NCBI GenBank assembly: GCA_963823035.1
Contig: CAWGKG010000012.1
Location: 352,001-416,000, forward strand
Origin: an uncultured Gemmatimonadales bacterium
Lineage (GTDB): Bacteria; Gemmatimonadota; Gemmatimonadetes; Longimicrobiales; Gaopeijiaceae
Direction: 5' to 3'
DNA: 64,000 nucleotides
A model generated the notes under the pieces. The model searched no databases. It worked only from the letters and a program-made list of their open reading frames with translations, and had not been told where the DNA came from. The position numbers and the translations under genes are program-made. Positions 34,690 to 44,002 of the stretch are shown here, piece by piece; the stretch's first letter is position 1; every line of letters starts with the position of its first letter.

Positions 34690-34780
34690 GGGTCGTCCGA
34701 CCCCGCGATCGCTTTCCCCCGATCGGTGCGCCGCCTACCCTTAGGGCCGGAGGTTGCGGACTCGACGGAGGAGGTTCCAG

Positions 34781-36428
34781 GTGAAGCGTTTCGTATGGGT
34801 CGTGGCGGGGGTGTTGGCGGCCGGATGTGCCAAGGAGGCGTCGGCGCCCGCCACCCCCGATGTGTCGCTCTCGGGCGACCGGATCCGCGAGGACATGCGG
34901 GTGCTGTCGTCGGATGAATACCTCGGGCGTGGCTCGGGTCAGCGCGGCGGAGAGATGGCGTCCCAGTACATCGCCGACCGTTTCAGCGAGGCCGGGCTCG
35001 AGCCGGTGAACGGCTCGTACTTCCAGACGGTGCCGATGGTCGGCTACACCACCGTTCCCTCCTCGGTGGGCCTCTCCTTCCGGGGTCCGCAGGGGGCCCT
35101 CTCTCCGACGTACCTCGACGGATTCGTGCTCAACGCCGGAGATCCGGAGGCGACCTCGGCCGGCGGCACGGGCGAGGTCGTGTTCGTGGGGTACGGGATC
35201 GACGCGCCCGAAAACGAATGGAACGACTTCGAGGGTGTCGACGTGAAGGGGAAGTTCATCCTGATCCTCGTCAACGATCCCCCCGCACCCGAGGACGAGC
35301 CCGACCTGTTCGGGGGGCCGGCGATGACCTACTACGGTCGCTGGACGTACAAGTGGGAGGAGGCCGCGCGCCAGGGGGCCCTGGGCGCGCTGATCGTGCA
35401 CGAGGACGCCGCCGCAGGGCTATCCGTGGAGCGTCGTGCGCGGCGGCCGCTCCGGGGAGCAGTTCTCGCTACCGCCCGACCCCACGGGGCCTGCGCCGGC
35501 AGGCATGGTGGGATGGGTCACGCACGACGTCGCGGCGAACATCCTGAAGCTCGCCGGGCTCGACTACGAGACGCTCAAGCAACAGGCCGCACATCGTCAG
35601 TTCCAGGCGGTGCCGACCGGCGTGACCGCCACGGCCGCCCTGACGGCGGCGGTCCGGCAGGTCGAGACCCGCAACGTGGTCGGGTTGCTGCCCGGCTCCG
35701 CCCGCCCGGACGAGATCATCACGCTCACGTCCCACTACGACCACTTCGGCGTGGGGGAGCCCATCGACGGCGACAGCATCTACAACGGCGCCTACGACAA
35801 CGCCTCGGGCATGGCGCTGCTGATCGAGGTCGCGCGCGGGTTCTCCTCCCTCCCGGAGGGGCCGAAGCGCTCGCTGCTCTTCATCTCCACCGCCGCCGAG
35901 GAGCAGGGGCTCCTCGGGTCGCAATGGTACGCGCAGTCTCCCCTCTTCCCCCTCCGGGAAACGGTCGCCGAGATCAACATGGACGGTGCCAACCTCTGGG
36001 GTGAGACCGACGACGTGACGGTCTTCGGAGAGGACCGGAGTGAGTTGGGGACGTACGTCCGTGCGCGGGCGGCGGAGCTCCATCTCCAGATCGTGCCGGA
36101 CCAGGAGCCCGAGAAGGGCTTCTTCTTCCGCAGCGACCACTTCCCCTTCGCGAAGGCGGGCGTCCCGTCGCTCTACATCGAGCACGGTCAGAACTACCGC
36201 GGAAAGCCCGCGGGATACGGGAAGGAGATCTCGGAGGACTACACGGCCCACCGCTACCACGCCCCGAGCGACGAGTTCTCCGACGACTTCGTCTTCGACG
36301 GCGCCGTCCAGCAGGGGCTACTCATCTTCCGCACGGCATGGGACATCGCCGAGGCGGACGGCTGGCCCGACTGGAACGAGGGTCAGGAGTTCAAGGCCGC
36401 CCGCGACGCGATGATGTCGGGGAGCTGA
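34781..36428 (+). CDS. M28 family peptidase with PA domain, lipoprotein (frameshift near 35415)
   Basis: SD ggaggagg, lipobox LAAGC, VFVGYGI, YYGRWTYK, SHYDHFG, GAYDNASG, AEEQGLLGS, RSDHFPF, YHAPSD. Confidence 0.9.
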
Positions 36429-36453
36429 CGGGAAGGGAGGGGGGCCCCTGGGA

Positions 36454-36480
36454 CCCGGGGCGCGGCGCGAGCGCCCCGGG
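36454..36480. terminator. GC hairpin between convergent M28 and Nif3 genes
   Basis: cccggggcgc/gcgccccggg 10-bp stem; no clear U-tract. Confidence 0.4.
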
Positions 36481-36481
36481 T

Positions 36482-37243
36482 TCACATCCCGGTAGGCTGG
36501 TCCAGGAACTCCCACTGGAGGTCGAAGCGCTCCGCGACATGGGCGGCGAGCGCACGCACGCCGAAGGTCTCGGTGGCGTAGTGCCCGCCCAGGAGCAAGT
36601 GGACGCCGAGCTCCATCGCGTCGAAGAAGGCATGATGCGAGCCCTCTCCGGTGACGAGCGCGTCCAACTCGAGCGCGACCGCGCTCCCCACGAAGGAGGC
36701 CCCACCCCCCGTCACGACGCCCACGCGTTCGACGCGGTCCGGGCCTCCTGGAACGAGCCGCACAGGGGCGCCGTCCAGCGCCTCCTCCAGGCGCACGGCG
36801 AGCGCCTGTGCATCGAGCGCCGGATCCAGCGTCCCCCACCACCCGATCGCGGCCCCCTTGTACTCGGCGAACGGACCCTGCACCTGCAGCCCGAGAGCCC
36901 GGGCGAGCAGCACGGAGTTGCCGACCTCGGCGTGACCATCGAGGGGGAGGTGGACGCTGTAGACCGCAACGCCGTGCTCGATGAGGGGTCGGACACGGCG
37001 GAGTCGCCGTCCCGTCAACGGCTTGAGGCCCTCCCAGAAGAGCCCGTGGTGTACGAGGAGGAGGTCCGCACCCCGCTCGACCGCCGCAGCCACGGAGGCC
37101 TCCGAGGCGTCCACCGCCGCCACGATGCGGTGCACCTCGTCGGGTCCGCCGACCTGCAGTCCGTTGAGGGCCACCGGGTAGTCCGGGTGGTCCCGCACCC
37201 CGAGATACGCGTCCAGATACTGGAGCAAGGATTCTAATTTCAT
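36482..37243 (-). CDS. Nif3-like dinuclear metal center protein (YbgI family)
   Basis: NGLQVGG, LLVHHGLFW, HLPLDGHAEVGN, TGEGSHH, GGHYATETFGV. Confidence 0.92.
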   Translation of the reverse strand: MKLESLLQYLDAYLGVRDHPDYPVALNGLQVGGPDEVHRIVAAVDASEASVAAAVERGADLLLVHHGLFWEGLKPLTGRRLRRVRPLIEHGVAVYSVHLPLDGHAEVGNSVLLARALGLQVQGPFAEYKGAAIGWWGTLDPALDAQALAVRLEEALDGAPVRLVPGGPDRVERVGVVTGGGASFVGSAVALELDALVTGEGSHHAFFDAMELGVHLLLGGHYATETFGVRALAAHVAERFDLQWEFLDQPTGM

Positions 37244-37272
37244 CGAGCGATCCACGGCGGGGAAATCCGACC

Positions 37273-37423
37273 CGTGGACAACCTGTGGATAAAGGGTCGA
37301 CCCCTCGGACCCACACGGTCCCGCCTGAGGCGGACGATCCTCGCATCGCCCTGGAGGTACAACGCCTTACGGGCTTATCCACATCCATGATTCTGCGTGT
37401 CCTGGCCTTCCGAGGAATCCACA
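37273..37423. promoter_or_regulatory. DnaA-box cluster outside oriC
   Basis: Perfect TGTGGATAA (37284-37292) and TTATCCACA (37375-37383), plus degenerate cgtggacaa (37273) and gaatccaca (37415). Confidence 0.7.
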
Positions 37424-37468
37424 CACCCTGGGGAGAGGCGGGGGCGCAGGGGTGCGGCGCGGCGTCGA

Positions 37469-37876
37469 TCAGCCCTCCGCCGGCATCAGCTCGACGGGCG
37501 GCGTTACGCGCTCGTCGACCCCCGTGTTCCCCATGTCCACCGTGCCGTTCAGGACCGCGCCCTCCTCGAGTTGCATCCGGCGCGCACGCACGTCCCCCTC
37601 GATCCGGCAGGTGGCCTGGAGCTCGAGGCGGGACTCGGCGACCAGGGTGCCGACCACGCGTCCGGAGATCACGGCATCCTGCGTCTTGATGTCTCCATCC
37701 ACGAGGCCGTCCTTCCCCACGACGACCGCCTTCCCGGCGTACACGGAACCCTGGATCGTGCCCTCGATCCGTATCGTACCGTCCGTCTCGCAGTTGCCGA
37801 CCACCTTCATCCCGGGACCGATGATCGAGATGACCGTCTCGGGCGAAGTGCCATTGCCAGCGCGATCTCGTGCCAT
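37469..37876 (-). CDS. Bactofilin (polymer-forming cytoskeletal protein)
   Basis: SIIGPGMKVVGN...IRIEGTIQG...VVVGKDGLVDGDI...VISGRVVG...IEGDV...LEEGAVLNGTVDM. Confidence 0.92.
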   Translation of the reverse strand: MARDRAGNGTSPETVISIIGPGMKVVGNCETDGTIRIEGTIQGSVYAGKAVVVGKDGLVDGDIKTQDAVISGRVVGTLVAESRLELQATCRIEGDVRARRMQLEEGAVLNGTVDMGNTGVDERVTPPVELMPAEG

Positions 37877-37893
37877 CGCGCGCCTCCTCGAAA

Positions 37894-38680
37894 TCAGGGC
37901 TGATGTACCAGCGTGAGCGGATCCACGGCCTCCCCGTTGAGGAGGACCTCGAAGTGGAGGTGGGGCGCGGTAGAGCGCCCGGTCGAGCCCGAAAGCGCGA
38001 TCACCTCGTTCTGCCGAACCTGCTCCCCCCGGGCCACCAGGTTGAGGGATGCGTGTCCGTACAGGGTCGTGTAGCCCTCGCCGTGGTCGATCACGACGAA
38101 GTGCCCGTAAACGGGGTCCTCCCCGACGTCGACGACCGTACCCGCGCCCGCGGCGCGGACGTAGGAGTCCGTCGGCACGGCGATGTCCAGCCCCGGGTGC
38201 TCGACCTGCCCGGGCGCGCCGTCGAGCAGCCCCTGCGTGACGAAGCCACGCTCCGTGAGTGGCCAGCTCGACGGGATGCTCGCCGCGACCGTGGTACGCG
38301 GCGCGCCGCTGCGGCGCCCCGCCCCCGCCGGAGGCAGCCACGCGTTCGAGGGGGTATTGGCCGTGTGTGCACCGAACAGATCCCGAATCCGCGCATACTG
38401 CCGCTCGATGCCCTGTAGCTCGGTTGCCAGCGCCTGAACCCGGGCCCGGTCGGCCTCGAGGGAGCGTACCTGCATCTCGAGCTCGCCCACGCGCGATGCC
38501 CGGGCGGCCAGGTACCACCAGCTCCCCGCGACCAGCGTCAGCGCCAGAGCGAGCACCGCGGCCACCCCGCCGAGCGTGCGCAGCAGTCGATAGGACAGCT
38601 GGAAGGTGCGGCTCTCCTGCCCGCCGATCCGGCACCAGGATCACGGTGAGGTGGCGCCGGCCGGGCTTCTCGTCGCTCAT
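37894..38680 (-). CDS. Membrane-anchored M23 peptidoglycan endopeptidase (frameshift near 38620)
   Basis: N-terminal LTVILVP, TM segment, coiled coil, HPGLDIA, TLYGH, GSTGRSTAPHLHFEV. Confidence 0.9.
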
Positions 38681-39564
38681 CCCACCACCTCCGACGCTTC
38701 CCGTCCCGTCACGAGCTCGAACACCCGCTCGAAGTCCTCCGGTCCGTGGAAGGTGATCTCGATGATGCCCTTTCCCTTCCGGGTGCGCTTGATGTTCACG
38801 CGCGTCGACAACGACTCCTGGAGGGCGTCCTCCAGGGCGAGCACGATCGGCTCCTTCGGTCGCTCCGTCCGCTTCTTCTTACCGCTTCCCGGCCCGCTCT
38901 CGCTGGCGCGGCGTTCGACCTCCCGTACCGTCCATCCCTCCGCGACGGCCCTTCGGGCGAGGTCTCCGGCGCGCACGACGTCATCGACCGCCAGCAGCGC
39001 GCGGGCATGCCCCATGCTCAGGGATCCGGACTCCAGCAGCTTACGCACGGAAGGCGGCAGGTTGAGGAGCCGCAGGAAATTCGCTACCGAGGACCGGTCC
39101 TTCCCCACGGCCCGGGCGATGTCGGCCTGCGTCATGGAGAACTTATCCGCCAGCGCCCTGTATCCCTCGGCTTCTTCCAGGGGATTGAGCGCTTCCCGCT
39201 GCAGGTTCTCGACCAGCGCCAGCACCAGGAGCGTCTCGTCCGAGGCCTCGCGCACGAGCACCGGAACGTCGTCCCACCCGAGCTGCGACACGGCCCTGAA
39301 CCGTCGTTCACCCGCGACGAGCTCGAATCGGTCGGGCACCGAGGGTGAGGGGCGCACCACCAGCGGCTGGAGGAGGCCGTTCGCCCGGATGGACTCCGCC
39401 AACTCGTTCAGCTCGCCGTCGGTGAAGGTGCGTCGGGGCTGCAGGGGATTGGGCACGATGGCCGCGACCTTCACGCGGCGGATCTCCGCGTCGTCCGCCT
39501 CCGGGTCCAGATACTGGCCCAGGAGTGCGCCGAGCCCCTTCCCGAGGCGGTCGCGCCGGGTCAT
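38677..39564 (-). CDS. parB: Chromosome partitioning protein ParB
   Basis: RLGKGLGALL, PNPLQPR, LVAGERRFRA, LVENLQREALNPLEEA, HTH KDRSSVANFLRLL, GHARAL. Confidence 0.96.
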   Translation of the reverse strand: MTRRDRLGKGLGALLGQYLDPEADDAEIRRVKVAAIVPNPLQPRRTFTDGELNELAESIRANGLLQPLVVRPSPSVPDRFELVAGERRFRAVSQLGWDDVPVLVREASDETLLVLALVENLQREALNPLEEAEGYRALADKFSMTQADIARAVGKDRSSVANFLRLLNLPPSVRKLLESGSLSMGHARALLAVDDVVRAGDLARRAVAEGWTVREVERRASESGPGSGKKKRTERPKEPIVLALEDALQESLSTRVNIKRTRKGKGIIEITFHGPEDFERVFELVTGREASEVVG

Positions 39565-40364
39565 CGTGCGCCCGTCCTGCCCAGCTCCTTCGCGTCCGCC
39601 TTCCGCTTCGCCAGCACCTCCTTGGCGAGCGCCAGATACGCCTGGGCGCCCTGCGACAGCACGTCGTAGAGCACGATCGGCTGACCGAAGCTCGGCGCCT
39701 CCGCGAGGCGGACGTTCCGGGGGATCGCCGTGCGGTACACGTTGTTCCCGAAGTACTCCCTGGCCTCGGCCGCGACCTGCCTGGAGAGGTTCAGGCGTCG
39801 GTCGAACATCGTCAGGAGCACGCCCTCGATGTCCAGCGCCGGATTGAGGCCACGCTGCACCAGGCGGATGGTATTGAGCAGCTGGCTCAGCCCTTCCAGC
39901 GCGTAGAACTCGCACTGGATGGGGATCAGCACCGAGTCGGCCGCCGTGAGGGTGTTGAGCGTGAGGAGGCCGAGGGACGGTGGGCAATCGACGAGGATGA
40001 AGTCGTAGCGGTCCCGCAGGGGCTCCAGCGCGTTCCGGAGGATCCGCTCACGGTGCGGCGCCTCGACCAGCTCGATCTCCGCCCCCACGAGGTCCCGGGT
40101 GGACGGAATCAGGTCCAGGAAGGGGAAATGAAGCTCCTTGAGGACGGCTTCCTCCGCGTTTCGGTCCCCGACGAGCACGTCGTAGATCGTTGAGATGGAC
40201 TCTCGCTGCTCGACTCCAAGCCCGCTGGTGGCGTTTCCCTGCGGGTCGATGTCCACCACGAGCGTGCGTTTCTCCGCCACGGCCAGGGAAGCGCCGAGGT
40301 TGATCGCGGTCGTGGTCTTGCCGACGCCGCCCTTCTGGTTTGCGATGGCGATGACGCGGGACAT
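39561..40364 (-). CDS. parA: Chromosome partitioning ATPase ParA/Soj
   Basis: NQKGGVGKTTT, DPQGNATSG, DCPPSLG, QCEFYALEG, IPRNVRLAEAPSFG. Confidence 0.96.
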   Translation of the reverse strand: MSRVIAIANQKGGVGKTTTAINLGASLAVAEKRTLVVDIDPQGNATSGLGVEQRESISTIYDVLVGDRNAEEAVLKELHFPFLDLIPSTRDLVGAEIELVEAPHRERILRNALEPLRDRYDFILVDCPPSLGLLTLNTLTAADSVLIPIQCEFYALEGLSQLLNTIRLVQRGLNPALDIEGVLLTMFDRRLNLSRQVAAEAREYFGNNVYRTAIPRNVRLAEAPSFGQPIVLYDVLSQGAQAYLALAKEVLAKRKADAKELGRTGAR

Positions 40365-40550
40365 GGAGCTCTCGACAGGGAGTCCCGAAACACGAACGAT
40401 TCGGAGGGGGGAACTTCAATAATAGGCCCGGCACGCCCGCGACGTAAGGCGAAGAGCTTGACGATGTCCCTTCCCAGCGGGATTTTCCCGGATCACCGAG
40501 GGAAGTCCAAGGCGGGTGGAGGCTCGCGCCCGTGGGAGGTCGGGGGTCCT

Positions 40551-41034
40551 ATGATCGTTGTGCGGCGGCGCGTGTCGGGGTGGAGGCTCCTCCTCCTACC
40601 CTTCCTGGCATCCCCTTCCTTCAGCGCGGCGTGCGCGAGCGACGGTGGCGTCGGGGTCGACCCGGCCGTCGCGCCCTTCGTCGGCGAGTGGCTCGCCACG
40701 ACGATGGTGCTCACGTCCGTGGCCAATCCGGATGTGCACCCCGACCTCATCGAGACCGGCGCCACCTTCAGCGTCGACGTCCAGCCGTCCGGCCAGTACA
40801 CAGCCATCCTGCTCTTCTCCGGACAGTCGCAGACGGAGATCGGGCAGCTCACGGTGTCCGGCGAGCAATGTGACGCTGCAGCCTTCGTTCCCCAGCGGCG
40901 CGGCATCGGCCACGTCGACGTTCTCCTTCCCGGATGCCGACCACTTCGTGCTGGACGGCACCACGGAGTTCGACTTCAACCTCGACGGCACGAGCGAAGC
41001 GGCCACCGCCCACATCGCGTTCGCGCGGAAGTAG
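40551..41034 (+). CDS. Hypothetical exported lipoprotein-like beta-rich protein (frameshift near 40868)
   Basis: Hydrophobic leader ending SAAC, then FVGEW (lipocalin-like GxW). The C-terminus continues in ORF 40558..41034 (...FDFNLDGTSEAATAHIAFARK). Confidence 0.55.
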
Positions 41035-41046
41035 GCCCGGCGCGGG

Positions 41047-41062
41047 TGTTCCACGTGGAACA
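41047..41062. other. parS: parS centromere site 1
   Basis: Perfect palindrome TGTTCCACGTGGAACA matching the universal parS consensus, about 0.7 kb from parA. Confidence 0.93.
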
Positions 41063-41279
41063 CCAGGAGCGGTAGGGCGGGGAGGGGATCACGAGGAACG
41101 CCTTTGAGCCGTTCCCTGATGCCCGGCGCCTTCCATCCCGCTCAGTCCTCCCAAAAAGGAAGTTCTGCGTTCCTTTTGGAGCGTCGCACACGGCGAGCCG
41201 CGCGAGATCCTCGCGCGCTCTCCAGGGTTCGCTGGCGGGACTCCCTCGCGAGAAGGGGATTCACCGCAGCTCTTCACGA

Positions 41280-41469
41280 CCTGGCGTGCCGTAGCCGAAG
41301 TCCGTTGAAGGACCGAGGGTGCCGATGCGCCGCCCTGGCAAGGCGCGACGACGAGGAATAGCAGCGCTGTGGGGTACCCGCGCCCGCGGCGCGGGTCGAG
41401 GAGCAACGCAGTCCAGAGCGGATGCAGCGGCGCACGAATCCCAACGGACTTTGGCTACGGTACACCAGG
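41280..41469. mobile_element. MITE-like non-autonomous element (190 bp)
   Basis: 28-bp terminal inverted repeats cctggcgtgccgtagccgaagtccgttg / caacggactttggctacggtacaccagg (3 mismatches), nested internal hairpins, no transposase. Confidence 0.7.
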
Positions 41470-41533
41470 AGCGGATGGCCTACGCCGGGCGGTCCAGGTC
41501 CGGGCGGATTCGCGTGGGGCCACCCAACCGGGG

Positions 41534-41549
41534 TGTTCCACGTGGAACA
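41534..41549. other. parS: parS centromere site 2
   Basis: Identical TGTTCCACGTGGAACA. Confidence 0.93.
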
Positions 41550-41763
41550 TCCCCGGTCCGGGGCACTTCGGCCCCCTCCCGGCCGCGCCTCGAGGAAGGC
41601 GGTCCTCCGGCCGGCGCGACAAGCGACGTGGCGGCCCGGCACCGCTCAGGCCGGACCCGCGGGGCCCATGACCGCTCCCACGCGTGCGCCGCCTCCGGAC
41701 CTACGCCCTGAGACGAACCCCGTTCCGCTCGAGGATCAACCACCGTCCTTCCGACACCTCGGC

Positions 41764-43653
41764 TCAGTCGCCGGCGGCGCCGCTCGCAACCGATCGGCGT
41801 CGCCGCACCTCCATGACGAGGTTCTGCAGGTCCGCCGGAGACACTCCGGGAATCCGACCCGCCTGGGCGAGGGTCTCGGGGCGGATGCGCTGCAGCTTCT
41901 CGCGGGCCTCGAAGGACACCGTGACGAAGGCCGCATAAGGCAAGTCCTTATCCAGAATGAAGTTAGCTTGAGCCCGCAGCTTAGTCGCGCGTTGGCGTTC
42001 CCGGGCCACGTACCCCTCGTACTTCAACTCCACCTCGACGGCGGCCAGCACATCCGGAGAGGCCGCGGGAGGGGCCTCCCCACCCGCACCCAGGAGATCC
42101 GCGGCCCGCACGCCCGGACGTCGCAGGAGCTCGAGCGCGCGCACGGGCTCGGCGATCGCCTCCGTCCCGGCCGCATCCAGCGTCGCGCGCACAGCCTCCG
42201 GACGAAGCACCGTCTCCCTGAACCACACCAGCACACGGTCCTCCTCGGCCATCCTCCTCCGCAGGGCGTCCTCCTGCTCCCCGGTAAGCAGACCCCGCTC
42301 CCGCGCCAGCGGGCCCAAGCGCCGGTGCGCGTTGTCCTGACGCAGCAGCAGCCGGAACTCGGCACGCGACGTGAACAGCCGGTACGGCTCGTCGACTCCG
42401 CGGGTCACCAGGTCGTCGATGAGGACGCCGATGTACGCCTGATCGCGCTCCAGCACGAAAGGCGCCTCCCCCCGGACCCGGAGCGCCGCGTTGATGCCGG
42501 CGACGACACCCTGGCCGGCCGCCTCCTCGTAGCCGGTCGTCCCGTTGATCTGTCCCGCGAAGTAGAGCCCCGGCAGGTCCTTCAGCTCGAGCGTGTGCCG
42601 TAGCTGATGCGGAGGGAAGTAGTCGTACTCGATGGCGTAGCCGGCCTTGGTCATGCGCACGTCCCCGAGTCCCGGGAGCGTGCGCAGGAAGTCGAGCTGA
42701 ACGTCCGCGGGGAGGGAGGTCGACAGCCCGTTCACGTACAGCTCGGTGGTGCCGAGCCCCTCGGGCTCGAGAAAGACCTGGTGACGGGGCGCATCCGGAA
42801 AGCGCACGATCTTGTCCTCGATGGACGGGCAGTAGCGCGGGCCCCGCCCGGAGATGCTCCCTCCGTAGAGCGCGCTGCGCTTCAGGTTGTCTCGCACCAC
42901 CGCCTTCAGTCCCTCGCCGGACCAGGTGATCCAGCAGGGGCGCTGCTCGGGCACGCGCTCACGCGCATAGGATGCGAAGCGGAAGTCCGAATCCTCCCCG
43001 TCCTGCCGCTCGACCTGAGCGAAGTCGACGCTGCGACCGTCCACCCGCGGGGGAGTCCCCGTCTTGAAGCGGGCCACCTCGAGCCCGAGGCCCTCCAGCC
43101 CTTCGGCCAACGCCACCGAAGCCGGCTCCCCGGCTCGCCCGGCGTCCACGCCGGCGTGTCCGCCCACGTGGATGCGCCCGCGGAGGAAGGTGCCCGTGGT
43201 CACCACCACCGCGCTCGCCTCGAACTCGACCCCGCCGCGCGTCCGCACGCCGACGACCCGACCCTCGTCCACCAGGAGCTCCGTGACCATCTCCTGGAAG
43301 AGGTCGAGCTCCCCCAACTCATCGAGGATCCGGCGCACCGCGGCCGGATAGCCGGCACGATCACACTGCGCGCGCGGGCCCCACACGGCAGGGCCCTTCG
43401 ACCGGTTCAGCATGCGAAACTGGATGCGCGTGGCGTCCGTGGCCCGGCCCATCACGCCACCGAGCGCATCCACCTCACGCGCGACCACGCCCTTCGCGAC
43501 ACCGCCGACCGCCGGGTTGCAACTCATCTGGCCGACGCGCGCCAGATCGGGGGTCACCAGTACGGTGCGCACGCCCGCCCGCGCCGCGGCGGCCGCCGCC
43601 TCCGTCCCGGCGTGTCCGCCACCGACGACGACCACGTCGTAGCGGAGCCTCAC
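41764..43653 (-). CDS. mnmG: tRNA uridine-5-carboxymethylaminomethyl modification enzyme MnmG/GidA
   Basis: VVGGGHAG, MSCNPAVGG, GPRYCPSIEDK, AGQINGTTGYEEAA, EPYRLFTSRAE. Confidence 0.97.
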   Translation of the reverse strand: MRLRYDVVVVGGGHAGTEAAAAAARAGVRTVLVTPDLARVGQMSCNPAVGGVAKGVVAREVDALGGVMGRATDATRIQFRMLNRSKGPAVWGPRAQCDRAGYPAAVRRILDELGELDLFQEMVTELLVDEGRVVGVRTRGGVEFEASAVVVTTGTFLRGRIHVGGHAGVDAGRAGEPASVALAEGLEGLGLEVARFKTGTPPRVDGRSVDFAQVERQDGEDSDFRFASYARERVPEQRPCWITWSGEGLKAVVRDNLKRSALYGGSISGRGPRYCPSIEDKIVRFPDAPRHQVFLEPEGLGTTELYVNGLSTSLPADVQLDFLRTLPGLGDVRMTKAGYAIEYDYFPPHQLRHTLELKDLPGLYFAGQINGTTGYEEAAGQGVVAGINAALRVRGEAPFVLERDQAYIGVLIDDLVTRGVDEPYRLFTSRAEFRLLLRQDNAHRRLGPLARERGLLTGEQEDALRRRMAEEDRVLVWFRETVLRPEAVRATLDAAGTEAIAEPVRALELLRRPGVRAADLLGAGGEAPPAASPDVLAAVEVELKYEGYVARERQRATKLRAQANFILDKDLPYAAFVTVSFEAREKLQRIRPETLAQAGRIPGVSPADLQNLVMEVRRRRSVASGAAGD

Positions 43654-43703
43654 GGACGCACCTTCGCCACCACGCAGTTTATCACGCGCACCTTATCCAC
43701 GCA

Positions 43704-43997
43704 TTACCACCGCTCCATCTGAAAGCCGTCCGTGGGGGTGCGCGCGTCCGGAGCGATCTCCTCGACGGCGCTCACACGGGCCCCCGGCGGTCCGTCGTGC
43801 AACGCCTTGGCGAAGGCCTCGAGCGCTTCGGGCGAGCCCGCCGCGTGCACCTCCACGGACCCGTCCGTGAGGTTGCGCACGTGCCCGGACAGTCCGAGCT
43901 CGTGGCCGGTACGCTGCGTCCACCATCGGAATCCGACCCCCTGCACGCGACCGCGCACGAGGAAGCCCCTTCGCTCGCCCTTCCCGGATCCGTCCAT
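43704..43997 (-). CDS. acyP: Acylphosphatase
   Basis: VRGRVQGVGFR, GHVRNLTDGSVEV, GPPGARV. Confidence 0.92.
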   Translation of the reverse strand: MDGSGKGERRGFLVRGRVQGVGFRWWTQRTGHELGLSGHVRNLTDGSVEVHAAGSPEALEAFAKALHDGPPGARVSAVEEIAPDARTPTDGFQMERW

Positions 43998-44002
43998 GTG
44001 CT

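Noticed and set aside
41063..41763. tRNA, tmRNA or RNase P RNA in the long intergenic region
   Set aside because: No cloverleaf or T-loop motif, no tmRNA ends and no RNase P consensus were recognised by eye. An Rfam scan would be needed to exclude other families.
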